Shown piece after piece: positions 42,163 through 55,324 of a DNA stretch of 64,000 bases (positions are counted from its first letter, which is position 1; each line of letters starts with the position of its first letter). Source of the DNA: Eledone cirrhosa (Eukaryota). The translations under genes were made by a program, and so were the position numbers. The notes under the pieces are model-generated. The model searched no databases, was not told the origin of the DNA, and saw only the letters and a list, made by a program, of their open reading frames with translations. Where the stretch lies: contig OZ024740.1 of assembly GCA_964016885.1 (NCBI GenBank), positions 427,180,001 to 427,244,000 on the forward strand. Reading direction: 5' to 3'.

Positions 42163-44970
42163 ATGTTGGAGAATCCGCCGTTACCCATATCTCTCAAGTG
42201 TATCCCCTTACCCAGCAGAAAACCCTACCTCAAACAACTTATAGATGCTACCAACTCGTTTATACGGAGAGTTAGATGGAAGGCCTACCACCTAGATAAG
42301 AACACCCGTAAACTTCCAGAACTTAAAGAGAGGTACGGCTTCAAATCATACCGAAACCCACCGCACAACACCTTACTAGACTCCTTTGAAGAGCACCTGC
42401 TGAAAATGATCAGAAACATTAAGTTCAAGAAGAAACACCGGTACAGTAATCCATTCTTAACATCCCTGGATGCACTCCTCACCAAGATTTAGAATGACCC
42501 ACACCTCTTCGTCACCTCTGACAAAACCAAGAAGCTGTATAAGATGAACGCGAGCAAGTATAAACAATTCATTTATAAAGAACTACACACAGACTACAAA
42601 AAGACACCCATTAGTAGCTTAAATGACATAAATAGAGTAGGGAAGGATATAGTTACTAGCTTAGAAATAGATAAGTACACAAACCCATATGTCCCTCTGA
42701 CGCCTAGATTCTCTCTTAAGGATCACAAATGTAACTTTAATGAAAGCCCCTCTATTAGACTAATATGTCCCTCTACATCTGATATAGGTAATATTAGTAA
42801 AGTGATCCTCGATAGAATACTACTGGAGATTAATAGAAAAGCTAAGGTCTGCCTCTGGAGCAACACCGACCAGGTCATTGATTGGTTCACCGAGTTGCCT
42901 GATAAAGCGACCTTGAAGTTCATCCAGTTTGACATAGCTAGTTACTACGCCTCTATATCCCCTATACTCTTAAATAAGGCACTCATCTTAGCTAGCCTCA
43001 CTAAAAAAGAGATAGATATAGTTCTAGCGGCGCGTAGAACCATTATCCAGTTCGAAGGCTCCCACTGGACCCGAACCAACCTTCCTGATAACTTCGATAT
43101 CACGATGGGGTCCAGTGACTCGGCGCAAGCAACCGACCTGGTCGGAATATACCTCCTCCATAGACTTAGGGACGAGATACCGCCCTACAAGGAGGTGTAT
43201 ATAGAGACGATGCCCTGTTTACCGTTAGGAAACATAGCCCGCGCAGAATAGAGAACCTTAACAAGCACATACACAGGTTCTTCAAGTCGTACAGCCTATT
43301 CGTAACTATGGACCTCAAGGTTGTCAACTTCCTGGATGTGACCCTGGAGTTGAGTACGGGCCTATACAAGCCATATCATAAGCCCGGAGAGAGCCTATCT
43401 TATATTAATTATGCCTCTAACCACCCTAAGCAGACTCCCAACTCCATAGTTTATAGCATCTCTCATAGGATCTTGAGGCTCTCCGCCAATGAGGATATCT
43501 TCAACTAGGCGGCAGATTACTACAATAAGGCCTTGCTAAGCGCCGGTTTTAACCGAATAATCTCCTACATCCCTAATGCTAGCTCCAGAAACCACTCCTC
43601 TCATAAGACTAATGTTATAGTAAGCCATGCCTATAAGCGAACACGCGGCGGCTTTGAAAGAGTCAGAAATAATAGTATAGAGAATCGCACTAGGGAACAC
43701 GGCCGCAATGTCAATTACACAAGCGATAGTATTGGTAGCTTACCACACAATAAGGATCACGATCCCGGTGACAGTGACCACTGTAGCCTACATGAATTAT
43801 TCCCCTACTATAAGATCAACAAAAGCGATGGCCTACTACCAACGCCTTCCAACCAGCGTCTTCCTATGCATAAACGTAGCAGAAGGAAGCCGAGTGCACC
43901 CGAGCATAAAGCGAAAGGGACACGTAACGGGCTACAGCACAATAACCTGCATAAGAACGGTCACCCTGATAGCGCAACCCTTAACAAACATACAAAGACA
44001 CGGAATCTCCAACGTAACGTCCTATGGTTCCATCCTCCCTACTCTCGGAGTGTGGCCTCCGATATACCCCGGATATTCTTCGAAGCCTAGAGAAGAACTT
44101 CCTACCCAACCATAAGTATAGGAAAATCCTTAATAGGAACAATATAAAAATATCCTTCTCTACTACTCCTAACCTAGCAGACATCATAGGAACAACTAAT
44201 CACAGTAAGATCACCAAAACACAGCACCTTAGCACCGATACACCTACACCTGACATTAACTATATCGGCCTTGACGACTCCCTAGCAGCACCCAATAATG
44301 CTGGCAACAGCCACTACAGACGCAACCAACATAACGGCGACATGACTGGGGAATAAACAGGTGACCGTACAGGTCACCCGACGACAACAGAAGGCGATGC
44401 GGCGTGCGGAATGATAATAGTACTACTCCGCACACAGTGGGTTATAATGGTACCAATAACAGGTATAGAGGCGTAGGTAACAACATAGATAGCAATAATA
44501 ATAGCCTTACCTTGGGAACTAGAAGGGACTGCGACCGAAATTGCAACTGCCGTGACAGGGGACGCTGCCTCTTTAGGGGAAACTGCCTGACTGATAGGGT
44601 TATTTATAGGTGCACAGTAACTAGCCATAATAGTGTTAAACATTATATAGGGGCTAACTCTGGCCCGTTCAAAATTAGATTTCGAACACATCTCCACTCT
44701 TTCGCAAACAAGAAACTAAGACACTCCACTTCGCTCGCGAATTACATCACAGCATTAACAATCTCAAACATCAGCTTCTCCACGCACTGGGAAATTGTCG
44801 GCAGAGCACCACCATACAATTTCAAGAGGAAGTGCGAGCTTTGTCTCATGGAGCTTTACCATATCATAACGGCACCCCACGAGCTCATCAACAGCAGAGC
44901 AGAAACGACGATAAGCTGTACGCACCGCTTAAAAATCTCTCACTCCAGATGGAATAAGAATGAGGCGTGA
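42163..44970 (+). pseudogene. PLE polyprotein: reverse transcriptase plus C-terminal GIY-YIG endonuclease (2 TAG stops, about 3 frameshifts)
   Basis: Motifs in order: RRVRWKA, SDKT, KDHK, RLICP, QFDIASYY, FDITMGS, GVYRDDA (after the frameshift near 43185), NFLDVTL, WFHPPYS, CNCx5Cx5C, VIY..YIG..F..R..H, CELC..E..I..IN.R.E..C.H. Confidence 0.93.
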
Positions 44971-45008
44971 AAACCGTAAACCGGATCACCCTGCATCAAA
45001 CCTCAACA

Positions 45009-45130
45009 CCCCGGCGGGCAGGCCCTGCAACAAAACATCCGGAAACTAACCATGCATCCCAGACCCGGCATGAATCGACCCCGGCGGGCGGGCGCAGCAA
45101 ACAAACATCCGGAAACTAACTTTGCATCCC
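45009..45130 (+). repeat. two GC-rich about 70-bp tandem units in the PLE 3' UTR
   Basis: CCCCGGCGGGC...AAACATCCGGAAACTAAC..TGCATCCC occurs twice. Confidence 0.85.
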
Positions 45131-45343
45131 TGAAACTGCGTGAATCGACAATGGTAAAGAAGTAACCACAGAGTAATAACGGGTAAAAAGTAGCCTGGGG
45201 AGCACTGCTCTAATAACGGCTAGAGATATCTCCCTTGACCTACTGCAAAATCAATACATGTTTTTTACGAAGAATGAACTGTGATGTGAACTTATCTCTA
45301 AAACCCATTCTGGGTCATGTAAGGAACGCTTTTTAGTTTTTTA

Positions 45344-45384
45344 TACCCTTGAGAAGGCGATTCGGGCGAAACGTAGGTAGGTGC
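45344..45384 (+). ncRNA. hammerhead motif in the 3' pLTR (stem II disrupted)
   Basis: cc-TTGAGAA-ggcg-attc-gggc-GAAAC-gtag-GTA-gg. Confidence 0.65.
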
Positions 45385-45450
45385 TGTTTTAAATAAACAT
45401 GTTTTAACGGTTTGTTCTCCTTTATATACTTCCCAACGTATATATATATA

Positions 45451-45533
<83 letters not shown>

Positions 45534-45858
45534 ATGTGTGTGTGTGTGTGTTTGTGTGTGTGTAGATCCTGAGAGAAATCATGGGTAATAACAGCAAATA
45601 ATGTACTGAATACATTAGTAGAATGAGAACATCGATCTACAGGACGAATGGAACAATTCTAGTCCTGTAGAAGCCATTTCTATATTAAATGTCTGTATCT
45701 ATATATATGACAGTCGATTGACTTTTGTCAAATCGGATCGAGGAAACAATGTTTCCATTGCTATTTCCAATTGCTAATACTATCTATCGGTCGCAACTGC
45801 AGGTAAAAGGAGGAACGTGAAATAAATTGTCTTGCTCAAGGATGGAGAGTTTGTGATT

Positions 45859-46046
45859 TCCACAGACCCTCCATCTCAATTCTACTTTTGAAAAGAGGAA
45901 GAATTGTGAAACCGGTAAAGGAACCAAATAAATATATATATTTTTATTAAAAAAAAACTCCAGTTGCATTTTCGATTTCATCTTTTTTCCTTTTACTTTC
46001 ACTCGTGTAGGACACCTCGGTTTTTTCATTTTGTAAAAAACCTCAC

Positions 46047-46053
<7 letters not shown>
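45859..46053 (+). mobile_element. family C element
   Basis: HHR at 45885-45920: ctt-TTGAAAA..GAAAC-cg-GTA-aag. The tail matches that of 28045-28420. Confidence 0.8.
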
Positions 46054-46145
<92 letters not shown>

Positions 46146-46204
46146 CAGTAAGAGAATGAGAGAGAGAGATAGAGTGGTGGCGAGATGGTATTTGTATTTA
46201 TTCC

Positions 46205-46255
46205 ACATTACCAACGGTTTCAAAACTTAACCACGTTTATATATTCACCAGATGC
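46205..46255 (-). ncRNA. degenerate hammerhead motif
   Basis: gcat-CTGGTGA-..-GAAACC-gtt-GGTA-atgt, with core A6 mutated. Confidence 0.5.
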
Positions 46256-46429
46256 ATTGGAGACGAGATAAACAAAATGTAAAACGTGGTTGAGAACCAT
46301 ATTCTTATGGGTCTCTATTGGTTGGTTCGTATCACATGGTTGTGTTGAGAAGTCAACGACAGCAGATGTATAAACGAGCTGGGGATTGTTTGAAGCGATG
46401 ATCTGTAAACAGATATAGCTACACTTATA

Positions 46430-46491
<62 letters not shown>

Positions 46492-46499
<8 letters not shown>

Positions 46500-46683
46500 A
46501 AGCTTCTACAGGAATAGAACTGTTTCATTCGTGAGAAATCATCGGGAAGATCAGGAGCTTCCCGGTGATTTCTCACGAATGAAACAGTTCTAGTCCCGTA
46601 GAAGCTTTTCTATATTAAACATCTATACTCTGCTATGTATGAGTACCTTACTTACTGTGGTTACCCCCAATTTAACCCGGAAT
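46492..46683 (+). mobile_element. family G element: palindrome plus tail
   Basis: Arms 46492-46549 and 46558-46614 carry GAAAC-A-GTT-ctagtc. Relatives are at 45565-45690 and 47441-47592; the latter has CTGATGA..GAAA on - at 47463-47498. Confidence 0.8.
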
Positions 46684-46684
46684 A

Positions 46685-46877
<193 letters not shown>

Positions 46878-47076
46878 TGTGTATATATATATAAGTTAAA
46901 ACAGAAAACAAAAGCAATAACGAAGAGTGCAGTACAAAGTGTTAATATTAGGTTCACGCTTCAGAGTGGGGGCGGGGGCGGCGTTTCGGGCATAAGCCCT
47001 TCATCAGGATGAAAGTGGGAAGGAAAAGAGTTCCGAGGGCGTGAGGGGGAGTGGTGGAAAGACATTAAAAGTGGGG

Positions 47077-47142
<66 letters not shown>

Positions 47143-47143
47143 G

Positions 47144-47247
<104 letters not shown>

Positions 47248-47348
47248 TATATATATAGGAAAGGTGTATGTATGTACGTATGGATTTACCGAACATTTAT
47301 TATAATGCTCGGTTTGTTCGTAAACAAACATCCCGAATTTTTTTTACC

Positions 47349-47413
<65 letters not shown>

Positions 47414-48243
47414 TACACACACACACTATAAAATATATATATACAGAAATGGCTTCTACAGCACTAGAACTATTTCATTCAAAATAAATCATCAGTAAAG
47501 CCATTTCTGTATTACACGCGGTATTTGCACTCTACTAATGTATTGAGTACCTTATTAACTGTGGTTATCCCCGATTGAACCCGGGATTCATACTTACACA
47601 CACACACACATACACACATACACATACACACGTACGCACATAAACACAAATATAGTAACATATAATATTATGTACCTCAGCTTAATAGTACTCAAGTTTC
47701 GCCGGAGCAAGCTGCTAACCCCTCATCTATATAACCAACAGAAACTACTTTGAAGCGGAATCTATGATGAGCTGCAGTGAATCTATGATTGCAGCCACTA
47801 AAAGCCATAAAATAATTAATAAAAAAAATAAAATAGAATATTTACGATAATTTTATCGTTGAAAAATTAAGAGAGGGAATGTCATACTTTAAGTTTCATT
47901 TTTAATAGTAAGCATTTTCCTCCGTCAATGAATAACAGCATCATAATTCTACAGGATATAATATAGAAAATGCAATAACCCGATTATGGTTACGAGCAGC
48001 TTCAATCATATGAAGGCTGTACATTGCTTCTCATCAGAATTTCAGATTTGAAACTTATCTGTCATGCGTGCACCTAGGCGGGTTCTAAAGCTTTCACAAT
48101 TTATCGTCTTAACAGTTAGCAGCTGGTCTGCTTTCTTTCAACAATATTTTATAGAGACATGGTCTCAATGTAGTTGAATATCAAGAGATTAAAACTAAAG
48201 AAAGCACATATGCGCACGCATTAACCCCTACACAAAAACAAAC

Positions 48244-48344
<101 letters not shown>

Positions 48345-49208
48345 ATAATAATAAATGTGAAGACTAAAATCCAACGAGGGCTCGATAAGGATAAATATAT
48401 ATCAAACATATAAGAACCCTAGAACAAATATTTGTTAGAGTAACAGATTAAAGTTTAAGCAAAGAATCGCTGTTTTCACCCTTTGCTTAAACTTTAATCT
48501 GTTATATATATACATATATATATATAAACAAAGATGTTGGTTTAAGAAACTTTGGGAAATATCAAATTTTAAATGTGTGCGTTCAGAGGAAAATGACCAT
48601 AATAATATTTGATCACTTTATAAAATAGTTGAAAAAATCAGGAGTTTCCCTGGAGACGAAAATAGTTATATAGACTCCCCTGGAAGGAATCGAACTCTAT
48701 CTTTCTCGGACTCTGGATTAATGAAAATTCTGAAGAGACACTGACCACAAATTCTGTCGTGTCAAACGATTCTATGCGTCTGGCTAGATGCAGAAACAAA
48801 ACAGACCGTACGACGTATGCATTTCTATTTTTGCTACCTAGAAGACGGCTCTGGCCATTTTTAAATATCATGGGATACGTTACCTGAATTTCTCAATTAT
48901 TATTTAAACTGACTAACTATTAATAGGGTCATTTGCGTTGGGAAGCACACAATTCAATATATATTTGTGCGTGCATATTTGTTTGTGTGCATGTATATGT
49001 ATCGACAGTCGATCGACTTTCGTCAAATTGGATCGAGGAAACAATGTTTCCGTTGGTCTTTCCAATTGCTAATACTACCTATCGGTCACAACTCCAGGTA
49101 GAAAGAACAACATGAAATAAAATGTCTTGCTCAAGAACATCACACTTCGCCCAGTCTAGCAATCGAACTCACATATATATCTATATACATACATATATAC
49201 ATACGTAC

Positions 49209-49271
<63 letters not shown>

Positions 49272-49522
49272 AGGCAGTGTAACTTGGAGTTACTGTAGGT
49301 TCACCCGGGTGAGCTCTCTAAGCGCGCGTCACCAACCAATAAACGTAATGAAGGAGTAACCAATCGTCCTTGTTATCTTATTTAACTATATATATATATA
49401 TTTAACTATATATATATATATTTAACTATATATATATATATCCTATTACCCACTCTACTACCCTAAGTATTGAGTACTTTGGTGCGTTATGGTCCACCTG
49501 GTTCCTTACCACATTTCCTTCG

Positions 49523-49557
<35 letters not shown>

Positions 49558-50135
49558 TATAAATAAGATTGGAGTTATCTTTTCCTTTACAATTGAGCAA
49601 ACATAGACATGATAACTTGTATGCTAAATTATATAATTTCGCTAAATTAACAATGTTCTGAAAACATTTTCAATTTTGGAACAAAATATTTGAATCTACA
49701 AATTGTTCTCCTATTACAACTTGAACTACGTCTTTTTCTTAAATATTTATGTAAACCGTAAAATTAACATCCTTCGTAACTCATATAATGTAAACAATTA
49801 ATACGTGTGGCTTATTTCTACATAATGTGGTTTTTTTCAGCCCTAAACCTCAACCTCATTTGCATACTCATCTTAATAATTTGAAATATTTGAATTTTTC
49901 TTCTCTTTCCCTTCTTTCCTTTTACTATACAGGAAAAACTTGAACCGTTAAGATCTCCTTCCTGGATATGTCAATATTTATAAAACAAACTTTGTATTTT
50001 ATCTGATAAGAGCGTACCAAAGTTTTGGTACCCTTGAAATATATATAATAGAATAAATATGGTTTTATAAATATAGTTTCCATTTATTTAGTATAATTGA
50101 TATATATATATATGAGTATATATATATATATATGA

Positions 50136-50174
<39 letters not shown>

Positions 50175-50211
50175 TACACATATATATATATATATATATA
50201 CATATATATAT

Positions 50212-50911
50212 AATTAAGTTAAAGTGTACATCTACATATGTATACGGAAGTACTAGTATGCATATAAATACACACATGTATACATATGTACATGTACTGA
50301 GTTTTTCACTAGACACTTTACAGTGAGTGTCCAGCTAGTCTGTATGTAACCACACAGACGGACCGGGTTTTAGAGTTATACGAGTTTTCAAGGAAACACA
50401 TTTCCTCTATTCTCCAGAGAGCCAGACAGGAATATTGGACTAGTTTCGATGTTATTACATCTCATCAGCAATATATACCCATCTTCCGGCTTCTCTAGAG
50501 AATTGTAAAAGCACATATCGTTATATGCTTTTTCTATGAAAATTAGTAGTGGGTAGACTAATTTGCATAGAACGTGAGTCATTGTACGCACCGGATGTAA
50601 TAACATCGAAACTAGTCCAATATTCCTGTCTGGCTCTCTGGAGAATAGAGGAAATGTGTTTCCTTGAAAACTCGTATGACTCTAAAACCCGGTCCGTCTG
50701 TGTGGTTACATACAGACTAGCTGGACACTCACTGTAAAGTGTCTAGTGAAAAACTCAGTACATGTACATATGTATACATGTGTGTATTTATATGCATACT
50801 AGTACTTCCGTATACATATGTAGATGTACACTTTAACTTAATTGTTTAAGCGTCAGTCATACAAAAGTAAGTTAGAAGCGAAACGAAATGTATTTTCGTT
50901 TCGTTATTTGT

Positions 50912-50915
<4 letters not shown>
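50212..50915. mobile_element. family E element: 250-bp near-perfect inverted repeat
   Basis: Arms 50212-50461 and 50594-50843 with a 132-bp spacer, a tail to 50915 and (TA)n flanks. Confidence 0.92.
50432..50474 (-). ncRNA. minimal type I hammerhead ribozyme (family E)
   Basis: atattg-CTGATGA-gatgt-aata-acatc-GAAAC-ta-GTC-caatat. Canonical core and all stems perfect. Confidence 0.95.
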
Positions 50916-50966
<51 letters not shown>

Positions 50967-51824
50967 CTTAATGTGAAACCTCGCTTTGTTATAATATAAC
51001 AAAGGCACAGATTGCTGATATTGGTACGCGATCATCAAATTGTTTTGAGTCCAGTCCTACTTCGTGGTACTTTAGACAAATATCCGTCGCGCTCGTTGAT
51101 AATAAATTGTAACATAAGCCCATTGCCATGCATTGGGGCGGGTGGTGGGGGAGTAGCCAACCCAATAAATGCACTCCTTTGACTTGTGCTTTATTATATG
51201 GAAGCCTCAAGGAGGAAAATAAAAACGAATAAGGTGAAATTTGAACTCAGAATGAAGAAGTTCAACGCAAATTGCGAAAATCATGTTTGAAGGTTCTCAC
51301 AATTGCACCATCCCCCTCATTTTAATGAGTGACTCAATAATCTCTAACGTAATTAACCAACCTAACTTGTAAACGTCATCTGTTTAAAATGGCAGTAAGT
51401 TTTGATAAACCCTAGCAGCTTGATTGTTTCATATCTTATGGGCGTAATCTATCTATCTTCTTCTTCTTCTTCTTCTTCTTCTTCTTCTTCTTCTTCTTCT
51501 TCTTCTTCTTCTTCTTCTTCTTCTTCTTCTTCTTCTGTCGTCATCATGCAGCCCCATCACGGCACAGTCTCTACCCAGAACCTCCATCCGCCGTTGCCTT
51601 GCCAGCGATTCTGGTGAAAGACATTTGTCGCTGCTACCTTTCTCAAGTCGCACGTCCACTTCGCTGTTCTTCTTGTCGTAATGTAGATTTAAAAAATAGC
51701 AACGTTAGTTCTTAATATATCAAAGTAAACGTAACTCGGGGTAGCCTCCAATGGATATTATAATAAGCTAATCTGAATATGTTGGCCTTGTGCTAAATGT
51801 CAATTCTAATATTTTAAGCCCTGC

Positions 51825-52760
51825 TGTTAGATTGGCAGAATTGGTAGGGTGTCGGCCAGCATGTTCTGCGGCATGTAGTCACGTCCTTTTACGATCAGAG
51901 TTCAAATCTCACCGTGATTAATTTTGCGTTTCTTCATTATGGGGTCGATAAGATAAAGTACCAATAATGCACTTGATCGATTTAATCGATTCCCCCCCCA
52001 AAAAAATTTGCTGGCCACCTGCCTATATAAGAATCACTTTGCCTTTCATCATTACGGGGTCGATAACATAAAGTACCAGTAATACACTGGGTAATTGCTG
52101 GCCTTGTGCCAAAAGTAGAAACAATTATTATATGAATTGGCATGTGGAGATTGGCAGTATCGTTAGAGGGTCGGACGCCATGCTTTGACGCATAGCGTTA
52201 CGGCCCTTTCCATTCTGAGTTCAAATCCCGTCAAGGTTAACTTTGCCTTTCATTCTTACGGGGTCGATAAAATAAAGTACCAGTAATACACTAGGTAATT
52301 GCTGGCCTTGTGCCAAAAAGTAGAAACAATTATTATATGAATTGGCAATATAGGTAGAGGGTTGGATGCCATGCTTTGCAGCATAGAGTTACGGCCCTTT
52401 ATGATCTGAGTTCAAATCCCGCCAAGGTTAACTTTGCCTTTCATCCTTACGGGGTCGATAAAATAAAGTACCAGTCACGCACTGGTGTCGATTTAATCGA
52501 CTTACCCCTCCTTAAAATTGCTGGCCTTGTGCCTATAGTAGAAACCACTATTAAAGGCATCTGCGGTGGATAGAACATATTCTCTGGCATAGAGTTACGT
52601 CCTTTTACGTACTTAGTTCAAATCCCACGTAGGTTAGCTTTAGCTTTGATCCTTACGGTGTCGATAAAAGAAAGTACCTGTAATGAACTGGGGTCGACAT
52701 AGTTGACTTTCCCATCCCCGCAAATAGTTGGCCTTGTGCTTGAATCAGAAACAATTACTA
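51825..52760 (+). mobile_element. cluster of five co-oriented SINE family 1 copies
   Basis: Copies at about 51825-52035, 52036-52130 (3' part), 52145-52335, 52340-52552 and 52560-52760. Confidence 0.88.
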
Positions 52761-53124
52761 TAAGCACTGGATTCGATGTAATAACACCCTAGAAATATTA
52801 ACCTGCCAACACCCGCTTAAAACTGTTTATTCAGGGGCGCCATCTTCCTGAGAACGAACCGTTAAAGTATTGTTAATGTATCTAATGTATTCAACATTAT
52901 AAAAATCTGATAAATACAGTTGTTATTATTGTTTTTATACCCGTGTGTGTAGTGAGTGTTTTAACGCAGCATGTATTCAATATGTTATATCACTATATAG
53001 ATTTGTTAAATCAATCTATCAATCTATCAATACTTAAGTGCAAACACATCACAAATATTTACAATATCTTCTTCGTACGCTCGATTAAAATTGTTGCCAT
53101 TGTTAATAATGATACTAATAATAT

Positions 53125-53415
53125 TAATAATTGTTTCTACTTTTGGCACAAGGCCAGAAATTAACCAGTGCATTACTGGTACTTTATTTTATCGACCTCA
53201 TAAGGATGAAAGGCAAAGTTAACCACGGCGGGATTTGAACTCAGAATGGCAAGGGCCGTAACTCTATGCGTCGAAGCATGACGTCCGACCCTCTACCGAT
53301 ACTGCCAATTCCCCCCAATGATAATATTAATAATAATAATTGTTTCTACTTTTTGGCACAAGGCCAGCATTACCCCAGTGTATTACTGGTACTTTATTTT
53401 ATCGACCCCGTAAGA
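53125..53415 (-). mobile_element. two SINE family 1 copies
   Basis: Full copy at 53127-53312 and truncated copy at 53336-53414. Confidence 0.88.
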
Positions 53416-53632
53416 AGGGATTTATTCCTGAGGTTCCAAGGACACCAGAGGTCTTCTCTGCCACAGGCTCGACTACAAACTTATAGGAGAGCGGACGATA
53501 CTATGACAAAATCCTGTTATACGTAATAAACTTATTAAACGTAGAGACAACATTGTCCTGTCATATGAAACTAAAATGTAAACATTTTGTCTCGTATTGT
53601 ATATGTTTATAGATATACTTGGAGTACATCCT

Positions 53633-53716
<84 letters not shown>

Positions 53717-54076
53717 TATATATATATTTTATTTAAAAAAAACTGCGATAATATTGCTTATGCTGAACTCCTAATTTTTGTTGAGTTTTTTCGGAATGTT
53801 TTGACTGGTGTTTCGTGAAATAGTCGTTTAAGACTATATTTGTAGATTTCCCCAAATTGAAGGCTAAGTATTTCATTCTTGATTTTATGTTGAGTTAAGA
53901 TTGTATGGTTTTTTCCCCAGCTTACACAAAATCTGAGGATAAAATATTTCTTCTTGACTTGTTGTGAATTAGGATTTATCCCATATCTTACGTTAAAAAT
54001 GTTTCTTCTTGAGGCTATAGTCACTTATATATGTGAATTATTGTCGGCTTTTTCTTACATTAATTTCTCTATTTTC

Positions 54077-54170
<94 letters not shown>

Positions 54171-54480
54171 GAACAAGTGAAGCATAACATGGTCAACAGT
54201 ACAAACAAGGAAATTTATTTACAGTCTCTCTCTCTATATATATTTTTCTCAGTTATAAAAGCTATCTCACCCATCTCTCCTCCTATCTCATACTTCCTCA
54301 TTATACTCTCCCCCTCCACTTTTTACTCTCATCTCCTCCTCTTTTTCATCCTTTCCACCCCCACCCCCTCAACATTTTTTTCCCCAATATCACACATCAA
54401 TCTAAAACTACTTTTCATATGTTGATTTAAAACTGCACTATTCAAAAGTGTGTTTTAACCTTCATATCATGTCTCCCTAT

Positions 54481-54543
54481 TTTATCTGACGAAAACGCAA
54501 TTGTTATTGCATGATGATATTTGTTTTTGAAATGCGCATAATA
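54481..54543 (+). ncRNA. degenerate hammerhead motif in a (TA)n-flanked segment
   Basis: ttat-CTGACGA-aaacg..tgttt-tt-GAAA-tgcgc-ataa. The cleavage triplet is damaged. Confidence 0.45.
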
Positions 54544-55146
54544 AAATACATGGAACTCTTTTAACCATCTTTTGATCTTATATATTATTTATACTCCAGT
54601 TCTACAAACTGTAGAGTGCTTCTTATCCGATATCTGCATTGCTTTATTGTACTACAATAAAACTCACCTCCTACATATGAAATATATATATATATATATA
54701 TTTCATATATATATATATACGCACACACATATATATGCTTGTGTGTGTATGTTTATATATATATGTATATATAATTTAGGTGTCTATAAATCTTTGTAGA
54801 AAATCAAGGGGAACATTTACGCAGCTAAATACGTATGTATATTTGTATATAATTTTGTATCTATACATGTTTAATGCGTATAGGTAAGGTAAGCATATAT
54901 ATAAATGTAAGTTTGTAAGTATACATATTTATGTATGTACGTGTATATAGATGTATGTATATATGTACATATAAGTGTATAAACGAATAAATATATGTTG
55001 AGTATCTGTTTTCGTTGTACGTCCAGGCGATTTCCTGTAAATATTTGTCAGTAAAATGTAAGAATTGGTGTGTAAGTATTTGCGTGTAATATATTTGCAT
55101 ATTTGCACACATAAATAAACACAAATCTAAAATAGGCACACACACA

Positions 55147-55184
<38 letters not shown>

Positions 55185-55276
55185 ACAAACTCACACCAGT
55201 ACAAATCCAACTCCCTGGTTGTAAACATTCTTACCCGTGTAATTGCATGCATGTTGTATATCTTTTCATATGTACA

Positions 55277-55316
<40 letters not shown>

Positions 55317-55324
55317 GTATATAC

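Larger units (their letters stand above)
41787..45439 (+). mobile_element. near full-length Naiad-type Penelope-like element with direct pseudo-LTRs
   Basis: pLTRs at 41787-41962 and 45263-45439, each with an HHR. RT plus GIY-YIG ORF lies between them, and the 3' end abuts (TA)n. Confidence 0.92.

Noticed and set aside
42163-44970. Selenoprotein-type Naiad with UGA recoding
   Set aside because: The in-frame stops are TAG (42490, 43506), not TGA, and the Cys motifs are encoded by normal Cys codons.
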